Positions 1-9,016 of a stretch of DNA of 64,000 nucleotides are shown here, in pieces (the stretch's first letter is position 1; every line of letters begins with the position of its first letter). A program made the translations under genes and the position numbers. Below the pieces are notes generated by a model, which saw only the letters and a list, made by a program, of their open reading frames with translations, was not told the origin of the DNA and did not search any database. This stretch comes from Pyrinomonadaceae bacterium (GTDB lineage: Bacteria; Acidobacteriota; Blastocatellia; Pyrinomonadales; Pyrinomonadaceae), in NCBI GenBank assembly GCA_045807865.1, contig JBJMGP010000060.1, positions 43,991 to 107,990 of the forward strand. Reading direction: 5' to 3'.

Positions 1-108
1 CGGTAAGCCCGCGCGTGCTTGATGTCAACAACGGTGATGTGGAGGCACTAAAAAAGGAGCGCGGGGGATGTGCCCGCGCTCCTTCGAGCCTTCCGATCTC
101 CCCGCCCC

Positions 109-2058
109 TCACCAGGCGACGCCGTAGTCTTCGCCGTGGTTGCTCGACCCGCCCCACATCGTCCCGTGCGCGCGGTCGAGGAGGATGGCGTTGATCGGGC
201 CGGAGGTGCGCTCCTCGTAAGTCAGCTCGTAGCCCATGCGGCGCAACTCCGTGCGCACCCAGGGCGGCATCGACTCGGCGAGCAGGATGCGGCCGGGCCG
301 CGTCTCGTGCGCGCCGAAGGAGCTGCGCATCTGGAAGCTGTTGATGTTGGGCGCCTCGGTCGCCTCCTGCACCGTCATGCCGAACTCGACGACGTTGAGG
401 AAGAACTGCAAGAGGTTCTGATCCTGGCTGTCGCCGCCCTGCACGGCGAAGGCGAGATACGGCTTACCCTCCTTCAACGCCAGCGTCGGCGTGAGCGTCA
501 CGCGCGGGAGCTTGCCCGGCTCGATGACGTTGAAGGGGCCTTCCGCCGGGTCGGTCACGAAGCTCTGCGCGCGCTGGCTGAGTCCGACGCCCGTCCGCCC
601 CGCGATGACCGCCGGCACCCAGCCGCCGCTCGGCGTCACGGAGACGACCCAGCCCTCGGCGTCTGCCGCCTCGACCGAGGTCGTGCCCGCGTAGAAGGAG
701 CGGTTGAAATCTTCGTCCGCGGACTGCCCCGACGTGATGAACTCCGAAGGCGGCGCCGAAGGTTGCGTCAGCGCCGACGTGGTGACCGTGTCCTGGTTGG
801 GCCGGGGCGCCGTCGAGGGGTTGGAGGGGTTCGGGCTCCACTTGTCGAGCAGGTCTTTGAAAGGGTTGGCCTGCGAGCCCTGGAACGGGTAGGGGTCGCC
901 GGGCTTGACGTTGGGGTCGTTGCGCTGCTGGTTCAACTTCGCGGCGCGCTGCTTCGCGTACTCCTTCGAGAGCAGCCCCTTGATCGGCTCCTCGGGCGGG
1001 AAGTACGGGTCGCCGTAGTAGAAGTCGCGGTCGGCGAAGGCCATGCTCATCGCCTGGTAGACGGTGTTGACGTAGCGCGAGCTGTTGAAGCCCAACGCCT
1101 TCAGGTCAAAGTTCTCAAGGATGTTCAAAGCCTGAAGCATCGCCGGCCCCTGCGTCCAGTGCGTCAGCTTGTAGACTTCGATCCCTTTGTAGGTAGTCTT
1201 GACCGGCTCTTCGATCCTCACCTTCCATTTGGCGAGGTCTTGCGTGGTGATGAGCCCGCCGTCCTCCTGCGTGCCGCGCGCGATCTCCTGCGCGATGTCG
1301 CCCTTGTAGAAGCGTTCGTAGGCGGCGTAGATGGCCGCCTTCCTGTCCTTGCCCGCGGCCAGGGCCTGCTGCTCGGCCTCGACCAGTTTGCGCAGGGTCG
1401 CGGCGAGGTCGGGCTGCTTGAAGACTTCGCCGGGCTCGGGCGCCTCGCGCCGCTGGCCCGCGTGCGGCAGCATCACCGCGGGCGAGTAGCGCCACTTCTT
1501 GATCTCGCCCTTGTTGCGCTCGATGGTGCTGGCGAGCTGCGCCTCGATGGGGAAGCCGTCGGCGAGTTGGATGGCGGGGTCGAGCACGTCCTTCAGACTG
1601 AGCTTGCCGTACTCGGCGAGCATCGTCATGATGCCGCCCGGCGTGCCCGGCGTGACGGCCGCGAGCGGGCCGTACTCGGGCGGGTACTGCAACTTCTTCG
1701 AACGGTAGAACTCGGCGGTCGCCCCCGTCGGCGCGACGCCGAGCGCGTTGACGCCGATGACCTTGCCCGTGTGCGGGTTGTAGATGAGCGCCTGCGTCTC
1801 GCCGCCCCAACTAAGCGTGTCCCACAGAGTCGCGGTGGCGGCGATCATCGCGCACGCGGCGTCCACGGCGTTGCCGCCCTTCTGGAAGACCATCGCGCCG
1901 GCCGTCGCGCCGAGCGGTTTCCCCGTGATCGCCATCCAGTGCCGCCCGTGCAGCGGCGGCTTCTGCGTGCGCTGCGCCGCGGTGCGCGGCGGCGTCGCGG
2001 CCAGCGCGACGAGCAGCGCGGACAGACAGCTTGCAAACAGTCTCTTGCTTAGACTCAT
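109..2058 (-). CDS. ggt: gamma-glutamyltransferase family protein, secreted
   Basis: 649 aa. Signal-like N-terminus MSLSKRLFASCLSALLVALAA. GGT-type nucleophile region AGTTSVEAADAEGWVVSVTPSGG. The ATG at 2058 lies 5 nt after GGAGGGA; the GTG at 2061 in the ORF track is too close to that SD. Confidence 0.85.
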   Translation of the reverse strand: MSLSKRLFASCLSALLVALAATPPRTAAQRTQKPPLHGRHWMAITGKPLGATAGAMVFQKGGNAVDAACAMIAATATLWDTLSWGGETQALIYNPHTGKVIGVNALGVAPTGATAEFYRSKKLQYPPEYGPLAAVTPGTPGGIMTMLAEYGKLSLKDVLDPAIQLADGFPIEAQLASTIERNKGEIKKWRYSPAVMLPHAGQRREAPEPGEVFKQPDLAATLRKLVEAEQQALAAGKDRKAAIYAAYERFYKGDIAQEIARGTQEDGGLITTQDLAKWKVRIEEPVKTTYKGIEVYKLTHWTQGPAMLQALNILENFDLKALGFNSSRYVNTVYQAMSMAFADRDFYYGDPYFPPEEPIKGLLSKEYAKQRAAKLNQQRNDPNVKPGDPYPFQGSQANPFKDLLDKWSPNPSNPSTAPRPNQDTVTTSALTQPSAPPSEFITSGQSADEDFNRSFYAGTTSVEAADAEGWVVSVTPSGGWVPAVIAGRTGVGLSQRAQSFVTDPAEGPFNVIEPGKLPRVTLTPTLALKEGKPYLAFAVQGGDSQDQNLLQFFLNVVEFGMTVQEATEAPNINSFQMRSSFGAHETRPGRILLAESMPPWVRTELRRMGYELTYEERTSGPINAILLDRAHGTMWGGSSNHGEDYGVAW

Positions 2059-2195
2059 CACTCCCTCCGTCCTGTGCCTTTGTGTTCGAGAACGCTTCCC
2101 CAGCGGATGCTGCTATTATGGCGCGGCCCGTTAAATTTAGAAACCCGGCGGCAACCGGGTCAGTACCAACTGCTCTTCCCGCAAGGAGCCACGAG

Positions 2196-3632
2196 ATGAG
2201 GAAGTTCGTCCTCGGCCTGTGCCTTTTATCAACGCTGTTGCCCGTCGCGGCGCCCGCACAGGAGCGGCCGGCCCTGTCGGACGAGACGCGCGCGTTCGTC
2301 AGCGTGGACGCCCCGACGGTCGCGCTCACACACGTCCGCGTCATCGACGGTACGGGCGCGCCCGCGCTCACAGACCAGACGGTCGTCATCTCGGGCGGCC
2401 GTGTTCAGTCGGTGAGCCCTTCCGCCTCGGCGAAGGTGCCCGAGGGCGCGAAGGTTCTGGACCTGACGGGGCGGAGCGTCATCCCCGGGCTCGTGTTGAT
2501 GCACGAGCACCTCTTCTACCCGACGGGGCGACTCGCGCTCTTCAACGAGATGGGCTGGAGCTTCCCCCGCCTCTACCTCGGCGCGGGCGTGACCTCGATG
2601 CGCACAGCCGGGAGCGTCGAGCCTTACACCGACCTCAACATCAAGAAGATGATCGACGCGGGGCGCATCCCCGGCCCAAAGGTTCACGTCACCGGCCCCT
2701 ACCTCGACGGCCGAGGCGCCTTCGCCACGCAGTTCCACGTCCTCACCGGCCCCGACGACGCGCGCCGCATGGTGAACCAGTGGGCCGACGAGGGCGTCAC
2801 CTCTTTTAAAGCCTACATGTACATCGACCGCGCCGAGCTGGGCGCGGCAATACAAGAGGCACACAGGCGCGGCATCAAGGTCACGGGTCACCTCTGCGCC
2901 GTCGGCTTCCGCGAGGCCGCCGGCTTGGGCATCGACAACCTCGAACACGGCGCGGTCATCGACACGGAATTCCTGCCCTCCAAGAAGCCCGACGTTTGCC
3001 CGTCACAGAACGAGACCGTCTCGAACTTCGCAAAGCTCGACATCGACTCCGCGCCGGTGCGCGAGATGATCCGCGACCTCGTCGCACGCAAGGTCGCCGT
3101 CACCTCGACGCTCGCCGTCTTCGAGGCGTTCCTCCCCGACCGCCCGCCGCTCCAGCAGCGCGTCCTCGACGCGCTCACGGCCGACGCACGCGCCGCCTAC
3201 CTCGTCTCGCGCACGCGCGCGGCCGAGCGCAAGGAGTCGCCCTGGGCGGTCGCTCTAAAGAAGGAGATGCAGTTCGAGCTGGCCTTCGCGCGCGCCGGCG
3301 GACGCCTGATGGCGGGCACAGACCCGACGGGCAACGGCGGCGCGCTCGCGGGCTTCGGCAGCCAGCGCGAAGTCATCCTACTCGTCGAGGCCGGCTTCAC
3401 CCCGCTCGAAGCCATCCGCATCAGCACGCTTAACGCCGCCGAATACCTCGGCGAGGCAGACTCCATCGGCTCCATCGCACCGGGGAAGCTCGCCGACCTC
3501 GTCGTGCTGCGCGGCGACCCTTCGGCCAACATCAACGATGTGGAGAAGGTCGAGCTGGTCTTCAAAGACGGGCTCGGCTACGACCCCGCCAAACTCATCG
3601 ACTCCGTCCGCGGCTCGGTCGGCTGGCGCTAG
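2196..3632 (+). CDS. metal-dependent amidohydrolase family protein, secreted
   Basis: ATG at 2196 is preceded by AAGGAG (2183-2188). Signal peptide MRKFVLGLCLLSTLLPVAAPAQ. HxH metal motif in VIPGLVLMHEHL. C-terminal amidohydrolase-like GSIAPGKLADLVVL. The upstream part of the track ORF (from 2031) has no coding support. Confidence 0.8.
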   Translation: MRKFVLGLCLLSTLLPVAAPAQERPALSDETRAFVSVDAPTVALTHVRVIDGTGAPALTDQTVVISGGRVQSVSPSASAKVPEGAKVLDLTGRSVIPGLVLMHEHLFYPTGRLALFNEMGWSFPRLYLGAGVTSMRTAGSVEPYTDLNIKKMIDAGRIPGPKVHVTGPYLDGRGAFATQFHVLTGPDDARRMVNQWADEGVTSFKAYMYIDRAELGAAIQEAHRRGIKVTGHLCAVGFREAAGLGIDNLEHGAVIDTEFLPSKKPDVCPSQNETVSNFAKLDIDSAPVREMIRDLVARKVAVTSTLAVFEAFLPDRPPLQQRVLDALTADARAAYLVSRTRAAERKESPWAVALKKEMQFELAFARAGGRLMAGTDPTGNGGALAGFGSQREVILLVEAGFTPLEAIRISTLNAAEYLGEADSIGSIAPGKLADLVVLRGDPSANINDVEKVELVFKDGLGYDPAKLIDSVRGSVGWR

Positions 3633-3640
3633 AAGCCTGC

Positions 3641-4705
3641 TCAGCCGGCGGCGCGGCCGTACTGGATGGGCCAGGGCGCTTCGGCGCCCAGACGCTTCGC
3701 AGCGTGGAGCGGCCAGTATGGGTCGCGCAGCTCCGCGCGCGCGAGGAAGACCGCGTCGGCCTTGCCCGAAGCGATAATCTCCTCGGCCTGCTCCGGCTCG
3801 GTGATGAGGCCGACCGCGCCGGTGGCGACGCCCGCCTCCCTGCGTATCTGCTCCGCGAATCCAACCTGATAGTTCGGCGCGACCGGGATGCGCGCGCCGG
3901 GCACGAGCCCGCCGGTCGAACAGTCGATCAGATCCACCCCGCGCTCCTTCAGCCAGCGCGAGAACTGCACGGACTGCGCCACGTCCCAACCGCCCTCGAC
4001 CCAGTCGGTCGCCGAGATGCGCGCGAAGAGCGGAAGCTCAACGGGCCACACCGCGCGCACGGCCTCGGTCACCATCAACGGAAAGCGCGCCCGGTTCTCA
4101 AGGCTCCCGCCGAACTCATCTTCTCTTCGATTCGAGAGCGGCGAGAGGAACTCGTGCATCAGGTAGCCGTGCGCCATGTGCAGCTCGACGACCTCGAAGC
4201 CCGTCTCCAGCGCGCGGCGCGCGGCCTCTGCGAACTGTAGTGTGACCGTCTCGATGTCGTCCCGCGTCATCTCCCTCGGTGCCGGCCAGTCGCCGAAGGG
4301 CACGGCACTCGGCGCAAACGTCTGCCAGCCGCCCTGCTCCTCGCTCAAGGGCTTCCCGCCGCGCCACGGCACGTCCGTGGAAGCCTTCCGCCCCGCGTGC
4401 GCGAGTTGAATCGCGGCGCGCGCGCCCTGCGACTTGATGAATGACGCGACGGGCGCGAAGGCGCGCGCGTGCGCTTCAGACCAGATGCCCGTGTCGCCCG
4501 GCGAGATGCGCCCCTCGGGCGAGACGCCGGTCGCCTCGACGCAGACGAGCCCGGCGCCGCCGACCGCGCGGCTCCCCAGGTGAACCATGTGCCAGTCGTT
4601 CGGCAGGCCGTCGCGGCTCGAATACTGGCACATCGGCGAGACGAAGACGCGGTTGCGAAACTCGATGCCGCGCAGGCTGTAGGCGGAGAAAAGGCTGCTC
4701 ATCAC
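3641..4705 (-). CDS. namA: NADPH dehydrogenase, Old Yellow Enzyme family (YqjM/NamA type)
   Basis: 354 aa. FRNRVFVSPMCQYSS hallmark of YqjM-class OYE, plus HMAHGYLMHEFLSP and GADAVFLARAELRDPYWP. Confidence 0.8.
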   Translation of the reverse strand: MMSSLFSAYSLRGIEFRNRVFVSPMCQYSSRDGLPNDWHMVHLGSRAVGGAGLVCVEATGVSPEGRISPGDTGIWSEAHARAFAPVASFIKSQGARAAIQLAHAGRKASTDVPWRGGKPLSEEQGGWQTFAPSAVPFGDWPAPREMTRDDIETVTLQFAEAARRALETGFEVVELHMAHGYLMHEFLSPLSNRREDEFGGSLENRARFPLMVTEAVRAVWPVELPLFARISATDWVEGGWDVAQSVQFSRWLKERGVDLIDCSTGGLVPGARIPVAPNYQVGFAEQIRREAGVATGAVGLITEPEQAEEIIASGKADAVFLARAELRDPYWPLHAAKRLGAEAPWPIQYGRAAG

Positions 4706-4760
4706 TCGACCCCTTGTTAGTGTGAAAGATGTGGCCGCATTCTACCCCGCCGGGCTGCGC

Positions 4761-5150
4761 TCAACGAAACACGCCGAACCAGCCGTAGGCACTCATCAAC
4801 TCACCCGCGAGGAAGGAGAGCAGGTTGGCGGCGACGATGGCGGCCATGTCGCGCCAGTTCACGCCGTCGCCTCCCTTCCCGCCGAAGGCCAAATAGAAGA
4901 GCGCGCACTCGGCGGCGGGCGCGAACGTCTCGGCGACGGCGAGGTAGACCCCGCGCGCAGAGTCCGCGAAGAGCGGCGGGAGCACAAGCACGACGACCGG
5001 GTAAGTGCAGGCCGTGAGCCACAGCCCCGCGAAGAGCCTGCGCTTCCGAGTGTGTTGCTTTGAGAGGAAGAGGACGAGGACGGGCGTCTCGACGGCGACC
5101 GTGAACAGGTAGCCGAGCGGGAGGAAGCGCCAGAGGTCTCCGTTGCTCAT
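4761..5150 (-). CDS. small hypothetical membrane protein (about 4 TM)
   Basis: 129 aa, hydrophobic segments, GC3-rich frame. Last gene of a tight three-gene minus-strand operon (6821->4761). Confidence 0.5.
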   Translation of the reverse strand: MSNGDLWRFLPLGYLFTVAVETPVLVLFLSKQHTRKRRLFAGLWLTACTYPVVVLVLPPLFADSARGVYLAVAETFAPAAECALFYLAFGGKGGDGVNWRDMAAIVAANLLSFLAGELMSAYGWFGVFR

Positions 5151-5168
5151 TCGTCGCGCGCCCGAGTA

Positions 5169-6230
5169 TCAGAGCGTCCGCAGGAGGAACGGCACCTCGG
5201 CCAGCACGTGCGCCATCGCGACGGTGAAGTAGAGGTCGCGCGTCGTCGCGTAGTCGGCCGCGAAGCAGAGCCAGAGCAGCAGGACGACGGCGCCCCCCGC
5301 CAGGAGCAGCGCGCGAATCAGCCGCGGCCAGCCCCGCCTGTGTCTCACCAAAGGCACCGACGCAGCACGCCAGGGCGCGAGCCCGACCCCCGCGGCCAGC
5401 GGGACGCCGACGAGCCAGACGCCGTAGTGGAGCGTCTCAAGGAAGACGTGCGTCGAGACGAGCAGGTGCGTCGAGACGAGGTCGGGCACGATGCCTGCGC
5501 CCGCGTGCCGCACGATGCGCAGCGCGACCTCGCCGTCCGACGCGAGCGGCGCCGCGCCCGCGAGTCTCCACCAGAGCACAGCCAGCGCCAGAGGCACCAG
5601 CGCGAGGCAGACGCGGTAGGCGCGACTCCAACCGCGGCGCGTCAGCCGCAACTGCCGGTCTAAAAAGAAGAGTGCGACGAGCGGGTGCACGTAGACGAGC
5701 GCGAGCGCGAACCCCTGCGGCGCGAGCCAGCCCACGCCCACCAACGCGCAGCCCGCGGGCAGCGCCCAGACCCAGCCGCCGCCGCGCGACATCGTCCGCC
5801 CACGCAACACGACGAGCCCCACGACCCACGCGACCGCCGCGCTGTTCCAGAGCGCGGTCGCCGCGTACCAACCCCCCTCGCCCCATACGCCCGAGTCGGC
5901 CCCGAGCGCGAGCAGAGCGTATGCGCCGGTCAAACCGACCACGCCCGCGGCCGCCAGCGCGAAGAAGCCGCGCGAGCGCCCCAGACGTGCGGGCAGTCGC
6001 GTGATGAAGAAGCGCAGCTCCGCCCAGTTGTGCGGCCCCGCGAAGACGAAGACCGTCGCGACCGAAAGCCACAGCGGCGCGAAGCCCGCCAGCGCCGCCG
6101 CCGCGGCCAGCACACACGCGCACGTCAAGCCGAACGCCGCGGGCGAGGCGTTCGACAGAGACGCCCCAGCCCGCGTGACCGCCTCGGCCCGACGCGCGCC
6201 GAGCGCGCCGATCTCTGCGGCGCTCTGCAC
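5169..6230 (-). CDS. hypothetical polytopic membrane protein with conserved-looking His motifs
   Basis: 353 aa, about 9-10 hydrophobic helices. GPHNWAE, YVHP, LETLHY and MAHVLAEVPF motifs. Its start abuts the stop of the upstream gene (6230/6231). Confidence 0.55.
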   Translation of the reverse strand: MQSAAEIGALGARRAEAVTRAGASLSNASPAAFGLTCACVLAAAAALAGFAPLWLSVATVFVFAGPHNWAELRFFITRLPARLGRSRGFFALAAAGVVGLTGAYALLALGADSGVWGEGGWYAATALWNSAAVAWVVGLVVLRGRTMSRGGGWVWALPAGCALVGVGWLAPQGFALALVYVHPLVALFFLDRQLRLTRRGWSRAYRVCLALVPLALAVLWWRLAGAAPLASDGEVALRIVRHAGAGIVPDLVSTHLLVSTHVFLETLHYGVWLVGVPLAAGVGLAPWRAASVPLVRHRRGWPRLIRALLLAGGAVVLLLWLCFAADYATTRDLYFTVAMAHVLAEVPFLLRTL

Positions 6231-6821
6231 CTACTCCTCCTCGTCGCCCTTGTTCGTGCGTGCCTTCGCCGGGATGAGCAGCTTGATCTCATAGCCCTCA
6301 TCCACGACCTCGACGCGAATCGCGCCGGAGAGTGGCGCGCCCGTCACAGCCTTGACGAGCGTTCCCGGGTCTTGCGGCCGAAGCCCCGGCGGCGGCGCGG
6401 CGTTGGCGTAGGCCGCGACCGCGGCGGCGCCGGCCGCGCACGCGCAGAGAACCAACACGGTCGCCGCGCGCCCGACGCGCAGGCCCCGACGCGAGCGCAC
6501 GAGCAGCAGCCCCGTCAGCACGACCGCGAGCGAGATGAAGAGGCCGCCGACGATGGTGCCTGCCGACTTGAACGACGCAGACTGCCCGCCGCCCGCGTCG
6601 ATGCCGGCCGCCAGGCGCAACTCCTGTAGCCGCGAGCCCGGAATTTGCAGCCGCGCCTCGCGCAAGCCCTCGACGCGCTCGATGGTCAGGCGCGCGGTGG
6701 GCAGGTCTCTTCTCACTTCGTTAGGGTCGGCGGGTTTCTTCGGCAGCGCGATGTCCGCGAAGGCGGGGGACGCGGCGGCCAAAAGCAGTGTGAGCACCGC
6801 AAGCTGTTTGAGTAGTCTCAT
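6231..6821 (-). CDS. hypothetical exported protein with internal/C-terminal TM segments
   Basis: Start trimmed to the ATG at 6821, preceded by GAAGGAG. Signal peptide MRLLKQLAVLTLLLAAASPAFA. The track's longer version (to 7064) overlaps zapA and is Arg/Ala-rich junk. Confidence 0.55.
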   Translation of the reverse strand: MRLLKQLAVLTLLLAAASPAFADIALPKKPADPNEVRRDLPTARLTIERVEGLREARLQIPGSRLQELRLAAGIDAGGGQSASFKSAGTIVGGLFISLAVVLTGLLLVRSRRGLRVGRAATVLVLCACAAGAAAVAAYANAAPPPGLRPQDPGTLVKAVTGAPLSGAIRVEVVDEGYEIKLLIPAKARTNKGDEEE

Positions 6822-6909
6822 CGGGTAGGCTCCTTCTCTTAAATGGAGGACTTCATCAAGTCGAACTCTGAACGAGGTGCGTCTGAAAACTTGCGAGGCG
6901 GAAGTGAGG

Positions 6910-7419
6910 TCAGGGCTCACCTTCCCCTTCGGTGATGGAGGTGCCGGTCGAGGGCTGGCGCAGGCGGCGCAGGCGCGAGGTGATCTGGCTGCTGAGCCTC
7001 TCGTCGCCCGCGCGCGCCGGTGGCGCGTCAGAGTTGAAGATGGCTTCGAACCACGACTGCTCATCCTGCGCCGACTCGGCCGGGGCGGGCTCCGCGACGG
7101 CCTCGGGCGGGATGTGCTCGGCGGGCGCGGGCGGCGCGAGCTGCTGCTGCTCCTCCTCGGCGCGCGCGCGTTCGAGCACTTCGCGCAGCTCCGCCTCGTA
7201 GAAGTTCTTCAAGCCTTCAAGCTCGTCCGCGAGGTTGAGCGCCGTCAGCACCGCGATCTTCGCCACGTCGTGGACGGCGAGGCCTTTGGCGACGGCGTGC
7301 ATGCGTTCATCCACGAGCCGCGCGACGCGGAGGACGTGCTCGCCGTCGCCGCTCCCCGAACGCAGGCTGTAGGTCTGGTTGAAGATGTTGACCCTGACCG
7401 ACCCGGCATCTGTGCTCAA
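6910..7419 (-). CDS. zapA: cell division protein ZapA-like
   Basis: VRVNIFNQTYSLRSGSGDGEHVLRVARLVDERMHAVA matches the ZapA N-terminal domain pattern, followed by a coiled-coil/acidic tail. Start proposed at TTG 7419, 11 nt after GGAAGGAG. The start is uncertain. Confidence 0.6.
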   Translation of the reverse strand: MSTDAGSVRVNIFNQTYSLRSGSGDGEHVLRVARLVDERMHAVAKGLAVHDVAKIAVLTALNLADELEGLKNFYEAELREVLERARAEEEQQQLAPPAPAEHIPPEAVAEPAPAESAQDEQSWFEAIFNSDAPPARAGDERLSSQITSRLRRLRQPSTGTSITEGEGEP

Positions 7420-7544
7420 AATCCCTTGCGCTCCTTCCCGCGAACGTGCGTTCGCGAAAGACCGATGCTTGCTGCGGCGTCGCCGCATTATAAAGCAAGC
7501 GGCCGCGAAGCGCGCGACATTCGAGGGAAAGGCGCGGGGACTTT

Positions 7545-8672
7545 TCACAACTTCCTGACGAAGCAGCGGCCGGGGAGCTGCCTCACCAGCTCGCGCAGCT
7601 CAAGCGCCAGCAGCAGTGCGGACAACTCTTGCACGGGGAGGCCGCTCCGTTCGGCCAGCGCGTCGATGTGCGCGGGCTCGTCGGTCGAGATGAGTTTGAG
7701 AACCGCGCTCTCGGGCTCCGAAAGGCCGGCGGGTTCGCGCGGGCGTGTGGGCGAGGGTTCGCCCTTCCCCTTCAACTCAGGCGGGAGAATCGCGGCGGCG
7801 ATGTCGGGTGGGAACTCCGCGACCACGTCCTGCCACTGCTGAATCAGTTTCGCGCCCGCACCCTTGATGAGGTAGTTCGTGCCGAACGAGTTGCGCGAAG
7901 TGATGTTGCCCGGGACGGCGTAGACCTCGCGCCCCTGCTCAAGCGCGAGCCGCGCGGTGATGAGCGAGCCGGAGTTCTCGGAGGCTTCGACGACGATGAC
8001 TCCGTAGCTCAACCCGCTGATGATGCGGTTGCGGTAAGGAAAGTTTTCGGCCACGGGCGGAGTGCCCAGAGGGAACTGCGTGACGAGCGCGCCGCCCTTC
8101 TCAAGAATCTCCGCGGCGAGGCGGCGGTGGTCGCGCGGGTAGACCTCGTCGATCCCCGTCCCGAGCACGGCCGCCGTGCGCCCGCCGGCTTCGAGCGCGC
8201 CGCGATGCGCCGCCGCGTCCACGCCCCGCGCGAGCCCCGAGACGACGGTCACGCCGCGCGCGGCCAGCTCGCGCGCGAGCGACGTGGCCACGTTCTGCCC
8301 GTAGGTCGAGCAGCGGCGAGAGCCGACCACCCCGACGCACGGCGCCTCAAGGCACGCGCGCCACTCGCCCCGCACGTAGAGCGTGACGGGCGGGTCTGGA
8401 ATCTCGCGCAGCAGCGCCGGGTACGCGCCGTCGTCCAAGGCCAGCACGTCCGCGCCTTCGAGGGTGCGCACGCGCTCAAGCTCCACGGCCGCCGCCCCCA
8501 TCCGGTCGCGCAGGGCGATGGACTCGACCGACTCCGGCCGCAGGCGCAGGCGCTCCAACTCGGACCGCAGCGCGCCGAACACGCCCTCGGCCGACCCGAA
8601 CCTCTCCAAGAGACGCGCGGCCGCGCGCGGCCCCACGCCCGGCGTCATGTTCAGCGCGATCCACTCTTTCAT
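7545..8672 (-). CDS. dprA: DNA processing protein DprA/Smf
   Basis: LNMTPGVGPRAAARLLERFGS (SAM-like), Rossmann core GVVGSRRCSTYG...VVSGLARGVDAAAHRGAL, C-terminal winged-helix-like tail. ATG at 8672. Confidence 0.85.
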   Translation of the reverse strand: MKEWIALNMTPGVGPRAAARLLERFGSAEGVFGALRSELERLRLRPESVESIALRDRMGAAAVELERVRTLEGADVLALDDGAYPALLREIPDPPVTLYVRGEWRACLEAPCVGVVGSRRCSTYGQNVATSLARELAARGVTVVSGLARGVDAAAHRGALEAGGRTAAVLGTGIDEVYPRDHRRLAAEILEKGGALVTQFPLGTPPVAENFPYRNRIISGLSYGVIVVEASENSGSLITARLALEQGREVYAVPGNITSRNSFGTNYLIKGAGAKLIQQWQDVVAEFPPDIAAAILPPELKGKGEPSPTRPREPAGLSEPESAVLKLISTDEPAHIDALAERSGLPVQELSALLLALELRELVRQLPGRCFVRKL

Positions 8673-8695
8673 GGAATTTTTGCTTTGCGATTTCT

Positions 8696-8751
8696 GATTC
8701 TTGATTTGAGCGAATGAGGGAAGCGATTTATTCAATCGCAAATCAAAAATC
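8696..8751. repeat. imperfect hairpin of GATTT-rich short tandem units directly 3' of tRNA-Sec
   Basis: gattcttgatttgagcgaatga ... tcaatcgcaaatcaaaaatc are near-complementary arms. It lies between the tRNA 3' end (8765) and the dprA start (8672), so it probably terminates the tRNA transcript. Confidence 0.5.
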
Positions 8752-8764
8752 TAAAATGTGAAGT

Positions 8765-8863
8765 TGGCGGAGGCGTGTGGGAATCGAACCCACCCGCGCC
8801 TGCTCTCACAGGCGCGCTGACGGTTTTGAAGACCGCGCCGCTCACCAGAACGGATGCGCCTCC
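8765..8863 (-). tRNA. selC: tRNA-Sec (anticodon UCA), class II tRNA with long variable arm, encoded CCA
   Basis: Minus-strand read: GGAGGCGCATCCGTTCTGGTGAGCGGCGCGGTCTTCAAAACCGTCAGCGCGCCTGTGAGAGCAGGCGCGGGTGGGTTCGATTCCCACACGCCTCCGCCA (99 nt). The anticodon loop CUUCAAA is identical to that of E. coli selC as I recall it. 7-bp variable-arm stem GCGCCTG/CAGGCGC. T-arm GTGGG-TTCGATT-CCCAC. One extra nucleotide between T-stem and acceptor is compatible with the 8/5 Sec fold (the 8th pair would be C-A). Confidence 0.7.
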
Positions 8864-9016
8864 TCGGTGTCTGGCGGGACGTTGCCAACCTACGCGGCGC
8901 GCGCCGCGGCTGTCAAGCGCCTGCCCGCGCTTGACGCGCGCGCGGGGCGCGGCCATGATTGTCGGCGTCTAAATCGACCGCACTTATCATTCCTACAACA
9001 CGGAGTCAGAAAGCTT

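Noticed and set aside
70-2052. 660-aa plus-strand ORF antisense to the GGT gene. Similar long antisense or overlapping ORFs occur across the window (2229-2948, 10768-11982, 16076-17296, 20086-21204, 24318-25565, 38193-39014, 42264-43508, 44320-46644, 47070-49649, 50634-52628, 58935-60824, 61506-62273 and others).
   Set aside because: Their translations are Arg/Ala/Gly/Pro-rich low-complexity strings with no motifs. Each lies opposite an ORF with clear family signatures and GC3-rich codon usage. This is the usual stop-codon-poor artefact of high-GC DNA.
6822-7064. Extended N-terminus of ORF 6231-7064, and the MKSPRAF.. extension of the zapA ORF up to 7548.
   Set aside because: Both extensions overlap neighbouring genes and lack an SD. 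Internal starts with good SDs (ATG 6821; TTG 7419) give proteins that begin at the signal peptide or at the conserved ZapA domain.
8765-8863. Alternative reading of the tRNA as tRNA-Ser or a tmRNA fragment.
   Set aside because: The 7-nt loop CUUCAAA puts UCA at positions 34-36, whereas Ser isoacceptors would have NGA or GCU. No tmRNA tag ORF or pseudoknot context was seen. Kept as tRNA-Sec, with the fold caveats stated.
8777-9016. N-terminal 80 codons of the track ORF 8777-9847 (crotonase).
   Set aside because: This part overlaps the tRNA-Sec gene on the other strand and translates to junk. The conserved crotonase sequence begins after the ATG at 9017.
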